Origin: Chloroflexota bacterium
GTDB lineage: Bacteria; Chloroflexota; Limnocylindria; Limnocylindrales; CSP1-4
Length of the DNA: 47,042 bases
Reading direction: 5' to 3'
Assembly (NCBI GenBank): GCA_043743315.1
Contig: JAYTWS010000066.1
Coordinates: forward strand, 1-47,042
A model generated the notes under the pieces. The model had not been told where the DNA came from. It ran no database searches and worked only from the letters and a program-made list of their open reading frames with translations. Made by a program: the position numbers and the translations under genes. The number at the start of each line of letters is the position of its first letter. Within the stretch, counting starts at the first letter, position 1. Positions 23,582 through 32,327 of the stretch are shown here, one piece after another.

Positions 23582-24499
23582 ATGGCGGTCCCGGATCGGT
23601 TCGTTCGGTCCCGGGACGGGACGCCCATCGCGGTCTTCTCGTCGGGGCCCCCGGGCAGGGCCGATGCCGGAGCCGGGCCAACGCCCGAAACGGGGCCCGG
23701 AGCCGGGCCAACGCCCGAAACGGGGCCCGGACCCGGAGCCCTTGCCCCGCCGGTGGTCCTGGTCCATGGAACGACTGCGGATCACCTGACGTTCCGGGTC
23801 GTCGCGCCGCTGCTCGGAACGCGATACCGCCTCCACGCCATCGATCGGCGCGGCCGGGGTGATTCGGGCGATGCACCGAACTCGTACACCGTCGAGCGCG
23901 AGTTCGAGGATGTCGCCGCGGTGGCGGACGCGATCGCCGCGGAGACCGGCGGGCCGGTCGACGTAGTGGGGCACTCCTTCGGTGGGCGCTGCGCGCTCGG
24001 GGCGGCGCTCCGGACAACCTCGATCCGCCGCGTGGTCTGCTATGAGGGTGCCCCGCCGGCTTCACGGGACCTTGCTTCGGCGTACGAGCCGCCCTGGCTC
24101 CTGCCCGCGCTCGCCGCCGATCTCGCAGACGGCGACCTCGAGGGTCTCCTTGAGCGGTTCATGCGAACCGTCGTGGGGATGGACGATGCGGGCATGGCCC
24201 GATTACAGGCGGACCCCGTGTGGCCCCTGCGGGTGGCGGCGGCACCGACGATCCTCCGGGAGCTCGCGGCATCGAACGATCACGCGGCAGGGCTCGATGC
24301 CCTCGGTGCAGTGACCATTCCGGTCCTCCAGATCCTGGGATCGGCCAGCTCCGCCGCATTCGCCCGTAATACGGCGGCACTCGATCGACGGCTCGCGCAC
24401 GGCTCGATCGTCCGCATCGGAGGCGCGGCGCACGCGGCGCACCACACGCATCCCTCCGAGTTCGTCGCCGATGTGGAGGCGTTCCTCGACGCGCCATGA
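23582..24499 (+). CDS. Alpha/beta-fold hydrolase
   Basis: 305 aa. It has VLVHGTTADH, the nucleophile elbow GHSFGG and a C-terminal GGAAHAAHHTHP block. It starts 4 nt after the pgl stop and carries an N-terminal tandem duplication. Confidence 0.8.
   Translation: MAVPDRFVRSRDGTPIAVFSSGPPGRADAGAGPTPETGPGAGPTPETGPGPGALAPPVVLVHGTTADHLTFRVVAPLLGTRYRLHAIDRRGRGDSGDAPNSYTVEREFEDVAAVADAIAAETGGPVDVVGHSFGGRCALGAALRTTSIRRVVCYEGAPPASRDLASAYEPPWLLPALAADLADGDLEGLLERFMRTVVGMDDAGMARLQADPVWPLRVAAAPTILRELAASNDHAAGLDALGAVTIPVLQILGSASSAAFARNTAALDRRLAHGSIVRIGGAAHAAHHTHPSEFVADVEAFLDAP
23669..23728 (+). repeat. In-frame perfect 2 x 30 bp tandem duplication (GAGPTPETGP x2) in the hydrolase N-terminus
   Basis: ggagccgggccaacgcccgaaacggggccc is repeated exactly. 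(23669-23582) is divisible by 3. Confidence 0.9.
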
Positions 24500-24516
24500 G
24501 GGAGTGCGCCAGCGAT

Positions 24517-24522
24517 TATCGT
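24517..24522 (+). promoter_or_regulatory. -10-like hexamer TATCGT, 7 nt upstream of the ATG of the FAD-oxidase remnant
   Basis: The sequence is TATCGT-tcgcacc-ATG(24530). Confidence 0.3.
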
Positions 24523-24529
24523 TCGCACC

Positions 24530-24937
24530 ATGGAGGAAGCATTGAGCAACGAACTGCGTGACATCGATTTGCTCGAGGGCATGGTCCGTGGCGCCGTCAT
24601 CCGGCCGGGCTCGGACATCTACGAACAGCGGAGCCGAACGTTCAACGCCATGATCGAGCGGTACCCGGCCGTCATCGTCCGGCCGCTGGGCACGCTCGTC
24701 GTCGCGGCCGCGGTCCGCTGGGCCGGCCAGACCGACCTCCCAATCTCCGTTCGCGGCGGTGGGCACAGCGTGGCCGGCCACTCTGTCGGCGAGGGGTCGC
24801 TGATGATCGACCTCAAGGAGCTTCGGGCCGTCACGGTCGACGCGGCGGCCCGTACGGCCGATGTCGGTGGCGGCGCCCTGCTCGAGGACGTCGACCGAGC
24901 CACGACCGCGCACGGTCTCGTGGCGCCATCCGGCTGA
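24530..24937 (+). pseudogene. Truncated FAD-binding (PCMH/FAD_binding_4, BBE-like) oxidoreductase, N-terminal ~135 aa only
   Basis: AVIVRPLGTLVVAAAVRWAGQTDLPISVRGGGHSVAGHSVGEGSLMIDL...VGGGALLEDVDRATTAHGLVAPSG stops at TGA in the middle of the FAD domain. Intact family members are about 450 aa. None of the three downstream frames (24938-25042) continues the domain. Confidence 0.65.
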
Positions 24938-25030
24938 GCCTGGGGCCCTAGCGACGAGCGACCGCGGCAAACGTCGTGCATTCGGCACGCATTCGGGACC
25001 TTCGGCTCTCCGCGAATTCGGCGTCGCGAC

Positions 25031-25036
25031 TACCAT
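25031..25036 (+). promoter_or_regulatory. -10-like hexamer TACCAT, 6 nt upstream of the citrate synthase ATG (leaderless-type)
   Basis: The sequence is TACCAT-ccccct-ATG(25043). Confidence 0.45.
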
Positions 25037-25042
25037 CCCCCT

Positions 25043-26167
25043 ATGACCGATCGACCATCGACGGCGCCGGCCGAGGCCCCGACCTACCCGTACTCCCCCG
25101 GGCTCGAGGGCGTCCCAGCCGCCGAGTCGGCGCTCGGCTATGTGGACGGCGCTGCGGGTCGGCTGACCTACCGCGGCTACCGGATCGGGGACCTCGTCGA
25201 GCATGGCACGTATCCCGCCGTTGCCAACCTGCTATGGACCGGCGACTGGGAGCCGAGCCACCACCTGGCGACCTCGGCGGTGCCCGCCGCGGTCATGACT
25301 GCGCTTCGGGCCCTGCCGACGTGGGCGAAGCCGATGGACGCCCTTCGAACCGCTGTGTCGGTCTGGGGTGCCACCCAGGTCCTCGAGTGGCCGCCGAGCG
25401 CAGAGCAGGCGCGGGCGCTCACGTCGTTCTCGCCGTCTGCCCTCGCGGCGTTCTCCCGGCTGCGTCAGGGTCTTGAGCCGATCGCGCCAGATCCCGACCT
25501 CGATCTGGTGCCCGGCTACCTCTACCAGCTCACCGGATCGCGCGCCGACGCCAGCACCGCCCGCGCCCTCGATGCGTACTTCGTCGTCGGGGCCGAGCAC
25601 GGGCTCAACGCATCGACCTTCGCGGCCCGCGTCATCACCTCCACCCGGAGCGACATCGCGTCCGCCGTCGGCGGCGCCATCGGCGCCATGAAGGGGCCGC
25701 TGCATGGCGGAGCCCCATCCGAGGTCGTCGAGCAGCTCCACAAGGTCGGTTCGCCCGAGCGCGCGGAGCAGTGGGTCCGGGACGCCATCGATCGAGGCGA
25801 GCGCCTCATGGGTTTCGGGCATCGTGTCTACCGCGCTTACGACCCCCGAGCCGCCGCCCTGCGCAAGGTCGTCGAGGCCATGGACCACAAGCCCGACTGG
25901 CTCGACCTCGCGATCAAGGTCGAGGATGTCGCCCTCCGGGTCCTTGCCGAGAAGCATCCGGATCGACCGCTCAAGACGAACGTCGAGTATTACGCGGCGG
26001 CGGTCCTCCAAGGGGTGGGCCTCACGCCGGATCTCTTCCCGGCGACGTTCGCGCTCGCGCGCCATGCCGGCTGGACCGCCCACATCATCGAGCAGGCCAC
26101 CGACAACCGGCTCATCCGCCCGAACGCGATCTACACCGGCCCGGCCGAGCGCGACCTCCCCGCCTGA
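25043..26167 (+). CDS. Citrate synthase family protein (short ~375 aa form, citrate/2-methylcitrate synthase type)
   Basis: YSPGLEGVPAAESALGYVDG..LTYRGY, GAEHGLNASTFAARV, GPLHGGA, GFGHRVYRAYDPRA and NVEYY are catalytic His/Asp contexts of citrate synthases. Confidence 0.9.
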   Translation: MTDRPSTAPAEAPTYPYSPGLEGVPAAESALGYVDGAAGRLTYRGYRIGDLVEHGTYPAVANLLWTGDWEPSHHLATSAVPAAVMTALRALPTWAKPMDALRTAVSVWGATQVLEWPPSAEQARALTSFSPSALAAFSRLRQGLEPIAPDPDLDLVPGYLYQLTGSRADASTARALDAYFVVGAEHGLNASTFAARVITSTRSDIASAVGGAIGAMKGPLHGGAPSEVVEQLHKVGSPERAEQWVRDAIDRGERLMGFGHRVYRAYDPRAAALRKVVEAMDHKPDWLDLAIKVEDVALRVLAEKHPDRPLKTNVEYYAAAVLQGVGLTPDLFPATFALARHAGWTAHIIEQATDNRLIRPNAIYTGPAERDLPA

Positions 26168-26170
26168 CCG

Positions 26171-27451
26171 TCAGCCGGCCTCTTCGGCCTCGACGATCGC
26201 CACCTGTGCGGCCAACCCGGCAGCCGGCGAGGCATGGCGCGGCGAACGGTCCCGGCGCCGCGCCACCGCGACCCCGCCGATGAGCAGCGTCGCCGCGCCG
26301 AGGAAGAACGGTGCCGGCAGCCCCGCCTGGACCACGACCGCCCCAAGCACAGGGCCCACGATTCCGGCGGCATACAGAGGCAGGTACACGAGGTTAAGCG
26401 TCTGGCTTCGGCGCTCCGGCGACACCTCGGTCGCGAGCAGGCTGAAGACCATCGCCGACGTTGACGACACACAGGCGGCGAAGACGACCGCCACGAGCGC
26501 AAGCAATCCGATGCCCCCGACCTGCGGGGCCAATGGCATGGCAACGAGCGCCAGTCCCCCCACGAACAGGGCCCAGACGAGGATCTGTCGATAGCCCAGT
26601 CGATCGCCGAGCGCGCCGACCAACGGGGCGAGGAGCGCACCTGCCAGCGCCGCTGTGCCCGCAACGAGCGCAATGCCGCTGGCCAGGCCCGGGCCGCGGC
26701 CCGTGATGCTCTCGACGACCACCGGCACGTACGGCCGCGACATCTGGTTGGCCAGGAACGCGGTCCCGAAGATCAGGAAGATGCCGCGGACGGCGCCGTC
26801 GGACAGGACACCCCGCACCGCACCGAAGGCCAGGGTCAGGACGCGCCCCTCCGGGACGACCTCGGGCCGAACCTCGCGCGATCCGAACGCGACGAGGAGC
26901 GCCGTTCCGACCGAGAGCGCGGCGGACACCGCGAACACGCCGCTGAGGGACCACCCGAGGCCGTCGATCAAGATCCCGGCGAGCGTCGGGCCAACGGCGA
27001 AGCCGATCGGTCCGGATGCGCCGAAGATCGCGATGACGGTCCCGATCCGGGCCTTGGGCGCCGCGTCACGAATGCCGCCCAGCATGACCCCGGTGTTGCC
27101 GAGCTGAAATCCGATGAGCAGGATGCTGACCGCCACGTGCCACGGCTCGGTGGCGAGCGCCATGCCCAGGAACACCACGGCCTCGACGAGCGCGCTCCGG
27201 ACGATGACGGCCTTGCGGCTGTACTTGTCCGCCCACACGCCCCAGAGCGGGACGAGCGGCATACCGAGGACGAACAGCAAGGCGCTGAACAACCCGATGA
27301 AGGAGAGTCGATCGGCATCGGGCACCCCGATCGCCGACAGCTGTGATGGTAGAAGGGCGAAGACCTGGCTGACCCCGAGTCCCTCGACCATGGACGTGAC
27401 CCAGAACACCGCGACCAGCGGGATCCAGGAGCGAGAGGACGATGTCGGCAT
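26171..27451 (-). CDS. MFS transporter (12-TM type)
   Basis: 426 aa, uniformly hydrophobic. It has the MFS loop motif GVWADKYSRK. Confidence 0.85.
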   Translation of the reverse strand: MPTSSSRSWIPLVAVFWVTSMVEGLGVSQVFALLPSQLSAIGVPDADRLSFIGLFSALLFVLGMPLVPLWGVWADKYSRKAVIVRSALVEAVVFLGMALATEPWHVAVSILLIGFQLGNTGVMLGGIRDAAPKARIGTVIAIFGASGPIGFAVGPTLAGILIDGLGWSLSGVFAVSAALSVGTALLVAFGSREVRPEVVPEGRVLTLAFGAVRGVLSDGAVRGIFLIFGTAFLANQMSRPYVPVVVESITGRGPGLASGIALVAGTAALAGALLAPLVGALGDRLGYRQILVWALFVGGLALVAMPLAPQVGGIGLLALVAVVFAACVSSTSAMVFSLLATEVSPERRSQTLNLVYLPLYAAGIVGPVLGAVVVQAGLPAPFFLGAATLLIGGVAVARRRDRSPRHASPAAGLAAQVAIVEAEEAG

Positions 27452-27457
27452 TCGGTC

Positions 27458-27463
27458 AGGCTA
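27458..27463 (-). promoter_or_regulatory. -10-like hexamer TAGCCT, 6 nt upstream of the MFS ATG (leaderless-type)
   Basis: The minus strand reads TAGCCT-gaccga-ATG(27451). Confidence 0.4.
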
Positions 27464-27517
27464 CCGGAATCGGAGTGATCGGCTGAGCCGTCGTAGATTC
27501 ACCCTCGGGAGGTGGTC

Positions 27518-28393
27518 ATGCACCGCTGGATCGATTCGCTCATTGCGCGCCAAGGGCGCTGGGCGCGGCCACTCGGAGACTTCAATCATCGCTGGCTGCA
27601 GGCCTTGTTCCGGCCCATGCTGCCCATCCGCGACCTGCTCAATGGACGCTGGCTCGGGCATCCCCTGCACGCGGTCCTGACCGATGCCCCGATCGGGATC
27701 CTGTTCCTCGTCATCGTCCTCGATGTCCTTGACCAGCGCGCGGCGGCCGATGTCGCGCTGATCGTCGGGATCCTCTCGATGCTCGGGTCCGCGGTCACCG
27801 GCGCCGCGGACTACTCGGACACGGACGGCAGCGCCCGGGAGCGCGCCACGGTTCACAGCACGCTGATGGTGATCGCGCTCCTGGTCTACGTTACTTCGCT
27901 GGTCCTCCGAATCGGGCAGGCGGAACATGCTGATCGGGCGGCCCCGATCTGGGTCTCGATCATCGCGTTCGGGATCCTGACGGCCGGCGCCTACGTCGGC
28001 GGGGCCGTGGTCTACAGCCTCGGCAACATGGTCAGCCGCCATGCGTTCCGCGGCAGCGGGGCCAAATGGATCGCCCTGGATCCGGCGGAGCTCGACGGCG
28101 AAGGAGACATCCCGGAGGGCCGTCCGGTCAAGGGCAAGCTCGGGATCAATGCCGTGGCTTTGGTCCGCCAGGGTGACGCCGTCCTCGCGGTCCACGACCA
28201 GTGCGCCCATGCCGGGGGCCCGCTGTCGGATGGGTCGCTCAACGCCGGCATCATCGAATGTCCGTGGCACGGGTCGCGCTTCCGGCTGGCCGATGGCCGT
28301 GTCGTTCGCGGCCCGTCGGTCCATGACCAGCCGGCATACGAGGTCCGGAGAACCGAAGCTGGCGGATGGGAGGCACGCCGACGGCCAGCCTGA
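27518..28393 (+). CDS. Membrane-anchored Rieske [2Fe-2S] protein (DUF2231-like TM domain fused to a Rieske domain)
   Basis: The N-terminus has about 4 TM helices (HPLHAVLTDAPIGILFLVIVLD...). The C-terminus has the Rieske ligands CAHAGGPL and CPWHGSRF. I preferred ATG 27518 because it follows GGGAGGTGG. Confidence 0.8.
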   Translation: MHRWIDSLIARQGRWARPLGDFNHRWLQALFRPMLPIRDLLNGRWLGHPLHAVLTDAPIGILFLVIVLDVLDQRAAADVALIVGILSMLGSAVTGAADYSDTDGSARERATVHSTLMVIALLVYVTSLVLRIGQAEHADRAAPIWVSIIAFGILTAGAYVGGAVVYSLGNMVSRHAFRGSGAKWIALDPAELDGEGDIPEGRPVKGKLGINAVALVRQGDAVLAVHDQCAHAGGPLSDGSLNAGIIECPWHGSRFRLADGRVVRGPSVHDQPAYEVRRTEAGGWEARRRPA

Positions 28394-29007
28394 CCCTGCC
28401 ACGAGGTTCGGTCGTGGTGCTCATCGGTCCGGCGGGGAGCGGCAAGTCGACCCTCGCCGCGCGGCTGTTCCCTGATGGGGCCGTCCTGTCCTCCGATGCG
28501 TTTCGGGCGCGGATCGGGAAGGGCGAGTCTGACCAGTCGGTGACCGGGCCCGCGTTCGCGGCACTGCACCGGGCACTCGAGGCTCGGCTGGCGGCCGGGA
28601 AGACCACCGTCGTCGATGCCACGAGCCTCGCGCCGGCGGCGCGGTCCGCGCTGCTCAAGCGCGCCCGGGCCCGCGGCGCCGTGACTGTAGCGATCGTGCT
28701 CGACCTGCCGCCCGACCTGGTGCTGGCGCGGAATGCGGGCCGGACCGACCGGGTGGTTCCCGAGGCCGCCGTCCGCCGACAGCAGGCGATGCTTCGAGTC
28801 GTGAGCGATCCCGGGCTGGCTGCGGAGGGCTTCGCGATCGTGCGCCGGATCCGCTCGGACGCGAGCTCGCCGCCCTGCGGATCGAGGACGAAGGAGCCTA
28901 GATCTCGTCGCGCACCCGCCCGAACGGTCGGATCCGGATCTCCACCCAGACGCCGTTGCGCATGTAGACATCGTCGCGGGCGAGCGCGAGGACCTCCTCT
29001 TCGGTGA
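28366..29007 (+). CDS. Stand-alone Pnkp-type 5'-OH polynucleotide kinase domain (AAA_33-like P-loop kinase). The 3' end is probably frameshifted, with the true stop likely at 28899-28901
   Basis: LTLPRGSVVVLIGPAGSGKSTLA..VLSSDAFR...ESDQSVTGPAFAALH...GKTTVVDATSL...VAIVLDLP...RNAGRTDR parallels the kinase module of bacterial Pnkp. After about 28860 the tracked frame becomes R/P/S-rich and overlaps the convergent gene by 110 nt. A shifted frame instead reads ELAALRIEDEGA-stop. Confidence 0.7.
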   Translation: MGGTPTASLTLPRGSVVVLIGPAGSGKSTLAARLFPDGAVLSSDAFRARIGKGESDQSVTGPAFAALHRALEARLAAGKTTVVDATSLAPAARSALLKRARARGAVTVAIVLDLPPDLVLARNAGRTDRVVPEAAVRRQQAMLRVVSDPGLAAEGFAIVRRIRSDASSPPCGSRTKEPRSRRAPARTVGSGSPPRRRCACRHRRGRARGPPLR

Positions 29008-29203
29008 CCGCACGGACGATCATCACGGTCGCCGACACGTCGGTGAAGGCCCCGGCCTCGATGAGCGTCCCTGCGGCTTTCATGCGCTGCAGGCGTGCGA
29101 TGTGCTCGGCCCGGAACGGCGCGCGCGACTCGGCACCATCGGGCGCGTACGTTGCCTCGACATGCCAGACCACCTCGATCGGGCCCGCGGTCGCCTGGGT
29201 CAT
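28898..29203 (-). CDS. YciI-like (YCII-related) small protein
   Basis: VVWHVEATYAPDGAESRAPFRAEHIARLQRMKAAGTLIEAGAF...DDVYMRNGVW fits the YciI family pattern. Start at the second ATG (29203), which is preceded by AGGAGGGAG. Confidence 0.75.
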   Translation of the reverse strand: MTQATAGPIEVVWHVEATYAPDGAESRAPFRAEHIARLQRMKAAGTLIEAGAFTDVSATVMIVRAVTEEEVLALARDDVYMRNGVWVEIRIRPFGRVRDEI

Positions 29204-29270
29204 CGGATCTCCCTCCTGCTGGTCCATATCGGAGCGACGGGCGTGCGAACCGGCGCGCCGGAGGCCGCCG

Positions 29271-30137
29271 TCACGCGGCGTTCGCGGTGATCAGGGCGAT
29301 GGCCACGAACGCCAGCACGACGCCGGCGGCGTGGGATCTCGTGATTCGCTCACGCAGGGTGGTGGCGGCGAGAAGCACCGTGACCACGGGGTAGAGCGAC
29401 GAGAGGACGGCCGCGATCGAAAGGTCCCCGGTCCGGGCCGCCGTGAGGAACGCGAGATTCCCGGCGACGTCCACGATCCCGACGAGCACGACGAGGGGGA
29501 GGCTGGATCGTGGCATCCGCCACGGCAACCGGCGGAGCCCGACGATGCCCGCGAAGAGGATCAGTTCGATGGCGCGAACCAGGGCCAGAGGCGTGAAGGC
29601 GAGCTGGAGATCGATCCGACTCAGGACCACGCCGAGGAGGCCGAGCGTCAACCCACCGACGAGCGCGTACCCGATGCCGGCCGGTCGGTCGCTGGTCTCG
29701 TCCGGCACGATCGACACGATGATCACCGCCACGATCGCCGCCGCGAACCCAAGGAACACGATCGGGCCGGGGAACCCCTGCCAGGCGATCCCGATGATCG
29801 CCGGAGTCGTGGCTGTCAGGACCGCGGTGATCGGCGCGACGACGCCCATCCTCCCGACCGCGAGTCCGCGATAGAGGCTCCCGACGCCGATCGCAGCCAG
29901 CCCACCCGCGAGCACGGACAGTCCGAGGTCCGAGCCGACAGGCGGTCGCTCGGAGCTCGCGAGCATGCCGCTGATCGCGATCAGGAAGCCGACACCCTGC
30001 GTCGCGAGCAGGACGCCAAAGATCGGGGCGCGCCGGCCGAGCACCCCACCGCCGAAGTCCGAGATGCCCCAGAGCACGGCCGAGGCCAGCGCGAGGAGCG
30101 CGGGTACGAGCGTCGGGGACAGATCCAGATCCGGCAT
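29271..30137 (-). CDS. EamA/DMT-superfamily transporter
   Basis: 288 aa with 10 hydrophobic segments arranged as two EamA-like halves. Confidence 0.85.
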   Translation of the reverse strand: MPDLDLSPTLVPALLALASAVLWGISDFGGGVLGRRAPIFGVLLATQGVGFLIAISGMLASSERPPVGSDLGLSVLAGGLAAIGVGSLYRGLAVGRMGVVAPITAVLTATTPAIIGIAWQGFPGPIVFLGFAAAIVAVIIVSIVPDETSDRPAGIGYALVGGLTLGLLGVVLSRIDLQLAFTPLALVRAIELILFAGIVGLRRLPWRMPRSSLPLVVLVGIVDVAGNLAFLTAARTGDLSIAAVLSSLYPVVTVLLAATTLRERITRSHAAGVVLAFVAIALITANAA

Positions 30138-30155
30138 GGCGAGGTGTCGGCAGCG

Positions 30156-32327
30156 TCAGTCGACGACGGCAGGTTCGACATCCACGGCCGTGGGGGCCTC
30201 GAGCACCTGCACCGCATCGGCGGTCGCGTCGTAGCGATCCGAGGTCGTCAGGTAGATGACCTGGAAGTCGGTGCTGATCCGCTTGAGCAGCTCCAGCGCC
30301 CGCGTCGCCCGGACGTCGTCGAGGGTCACGAACGGGTCGTCCAGAATGAGCGGCGGCCGGCGATCGCCCGTGACCAGGCGCACCAGACCGATGCGAGCCG
30401 CGAGATAGACGAGATCCAGGGTGCCCTGCGAGAGCGATTCGACGGGCACCCAGTCGTTGCGCTCCGGCGCGAACACCTCGATCCCGAGGTTGGTGTCATC
30501 GACCCGGACCCGTCGATATCGACCGGCCGTCACCTGCTCGATGTCACCGACCATGTGCTTCTCGAGATACCGGGTGGCGCGCTGCATGGTCGCTCGCTCG
30601 GCGGCCTCGATGGCGCTGAGCGTCCCGGCATAGATCCGGGCGCGCCGCTCCAGCGTGGCCAGCCGCTCCCGGTCCTGCTCCAGGCGCTCCGCCTCGGCGG
30701 CCACGGCCTCGGCATCGACTGGATTGGCCTCGACGCGGGCACGGGCATCGGCCTCGTCATTCCGGGCCTGGTCGATCAGGCGCTCGGCGTCCTTGACCTC
30801 GACCTCAAGGCGCTCACGGGCCCGAGGCTCCTTGGCGATCGGGCCGAGATGTTCGAGGGCACGGGTCTTCTGCTCGATCTCGAGCGCGGAGGCGTCCCGG
30901 AGCGGTGGCAGGGTCTCGATGGGCTCACGGCCGACGAGCCCTTCCAGCTGCGCCGCGAGGCGGTCGATGGCCGCCACGTGGGCTTCCTCGGCGACAAGGA
31001 GTTCCTCGACCGCGGCCATGTCCGCGAGTTCCAGACCCGACAATTGGTTGGCGAGCTCGAGGTCCCGATCCGTCAGTTCCTGCTCGAGTTGCGAGCGGCC
31101 TCGCAGGCGACGGTCGATCTCGTCGTCGCGGAGCTGGCGTTCGCGCCCGATGTCGGTAGCCTCCATCCGCTGGCGCCTGCCGATGAACGAAAGACCGAGG
31201 CCGGCCACCACGAGCACCAGCGGGCCGATGAGGCCGCCGGGGATCGCGAGCACGTTGAGGACGGTGACCGCGGCGCTCGCCACGCCCGCAAGGATCAGAA
31301 CCAGGGCGACCCGCGCCGTTGGCAGCCAGGTGCGCGGCTCCGGCGCCCGCAGCTCGAACTGGACGTCGGTATCCCCCGACAGGAGTGCGCGCAGCTCGCG
31401 GACCCGGGCATCGAGCTCACGCATCCGTCCGACGGTGGTCCGTAGGACCGGCAGCGGATCGCGCGCCGGATGCGAGTCGTGGAGGACGGCCATCTGCTCC
31501 GTGACGGACACGGCGGTGCTCAACCGCTCGAACCGTTCCTGGGCGGTGGCCCGATCCGCGACCAGGCGCTCGGCCTGATGGGCCTTCTCCAGCATGGATT
31601 TTCGCTCGGTCAGGGCCGTGTCGGCCTCGACCCGCCGTTCACGCGCCTGTGTCAGCCGGTCGCGGTCCTGCTCGAGGCGCCCGAGCGCAGCCTCTCCCTC
31701 GGCGAACGCGGCGGCGCCCCGGCTGACGTCGGCGGCCGCGACCTTGAGTCGGCCCGGGTTCTTGTCGCCCTTCGTGTTCAGGTCGTGGAGCGCCTTCTCG
31801 AGCTGCCGTTTGGATCGACCGGTGCCGCGGTCGGCGCCCGAGATCGACGCCTGGAGTCGGTCCCGAAGCGCACTCTCGTCCCGGGCGACATCGTCCATCT
31901 CGTGATGCCGAACCGATGCGGTCGAGCGAAAGAAGGCCTCGGTAGGCACGCCGGTCAGCTCGGCGAGGATCTGGTCGGCCGTCGCCGGGTCGGTGACGAC
32001 GTTCCCGTCGTACTCCAGGCGCACCGTGCCCTTGCCGCCCCGAAACGCCTTGTCGACGCTGCCCGGGTGCATGCCGTCTTCCTCGTCCTGCTCGAATTCG
32101 AGGCGGATGGCGGGTCGGGCGTCCTCGCCGGCTCCCCATGTCTGCATCGCCTCCATCTCGGCGGAGGCCGAGGTGACCCGCCGGGTCAGGGCGAGCTCCA
32201 GCGCACGTTGCAGCGTGGTCTTGCCGGACTCGTTTGGACCGCGGACGACGGTCAATCCACGATCGAGGGTGAGGTCGAGGGCTCGATGACGTCGGAGGTT
32301 CTCGATCTTGAGCCGGGTGATCCTCAC
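30156..32327 (-). CDS. SbcC/Rad50-like AAA ATPase of the YhaN type, with a two-helix hydrophobic hairpin at the coiled-coil apex
   Basis: The N-terminal head has MRITRLKIENLRRH...VVRGPNESGKTTL (Walker A). The C-terminal head has LSQGTLDLVYLAARIGL and PPLILDDPFVTLDD (signature and Walker B). The arms are long and E/R/L/A-rich. Residues ~337-383 (31179-31319) read RVALVLILAGVASAAVTVLNVLAIPGGLIGPLVLVVAGLGLSFIG. There is no CxxC hook. Confidence 0.8.
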   Translation of the reverse strand: MRITRLKIENLRRHRALDLTLDRGLTVVRGPNESGKTTLQRALELALTRRVTSASAEMEAMQTWGAGEDARPAIRLEFEQDEEDGMHPGSVDKAFRGGKGTVRLEYDGNVVTDPATADQILAELTGVPTEAFFRSTASVRHHEMDDVARDESALRDRLQASISGADRGTGRSKRQLEKALHDLNTKGDKNPGRLKVAAADVSRGAAAFAEGEAALGRLEQDRDRLTQARERRVEADTALTERKSMLEKAHQAERLVADRATAQERFERLSTAVSVTEQMAVLHDSHPARDPLPVLRTTVGRMRELDARVRELRALLSGDTDVQFELRAPEPRTWLPTARVALVLILAGVASAAVTVLNVLAIPGGLIGPLVLVVAGLGLSFIGRRQRMEATDIGRERQLRDDEIDRRLRGRSQLEQELTDRDLELANQLSGLELADMAAVEELLVAEEAHVAAIDRLAAQLEGLVGREPIETLPPLRDASALEIEQKTRALEHLGPIAKEPRARERLEVEVKDAERLIDQARNDEADARARVEANPVDAEAVAAEAERLEQDRERLATLERRARIYAGTLSAIEAAERATMQRATRYLEKHMVGDIEQVTAGRYRRVRVDDTNLGIEVFAPERNDWVPVESLSQGTLDLVYLAARIGLVRLVTGDRRPPLILDDPFVTLDDVRATRALELLKRISTDFQVIYLTTSDRYDATADAVQVLEAPTAVDVEPAVVD

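Noticed and set aside
24938-25042. Continuation of the FAD oxidase in another frame (a simple frameshift)
   Set aside because: All three forward translations of the 105 bp after the stop lack any FAD_binding_4 or BBE continuation. The gap is also far too short for the missing ~300 aa. Truncation by deletion fits better.
29004-31445. 813-aa plus-strand ORF
   Set aside because: It is the antisense shadow of the yciI-like, eamA and sbcC-like genes. It is highly charged low-complexity text (RDRGDRRDD...) with no domain signatures.
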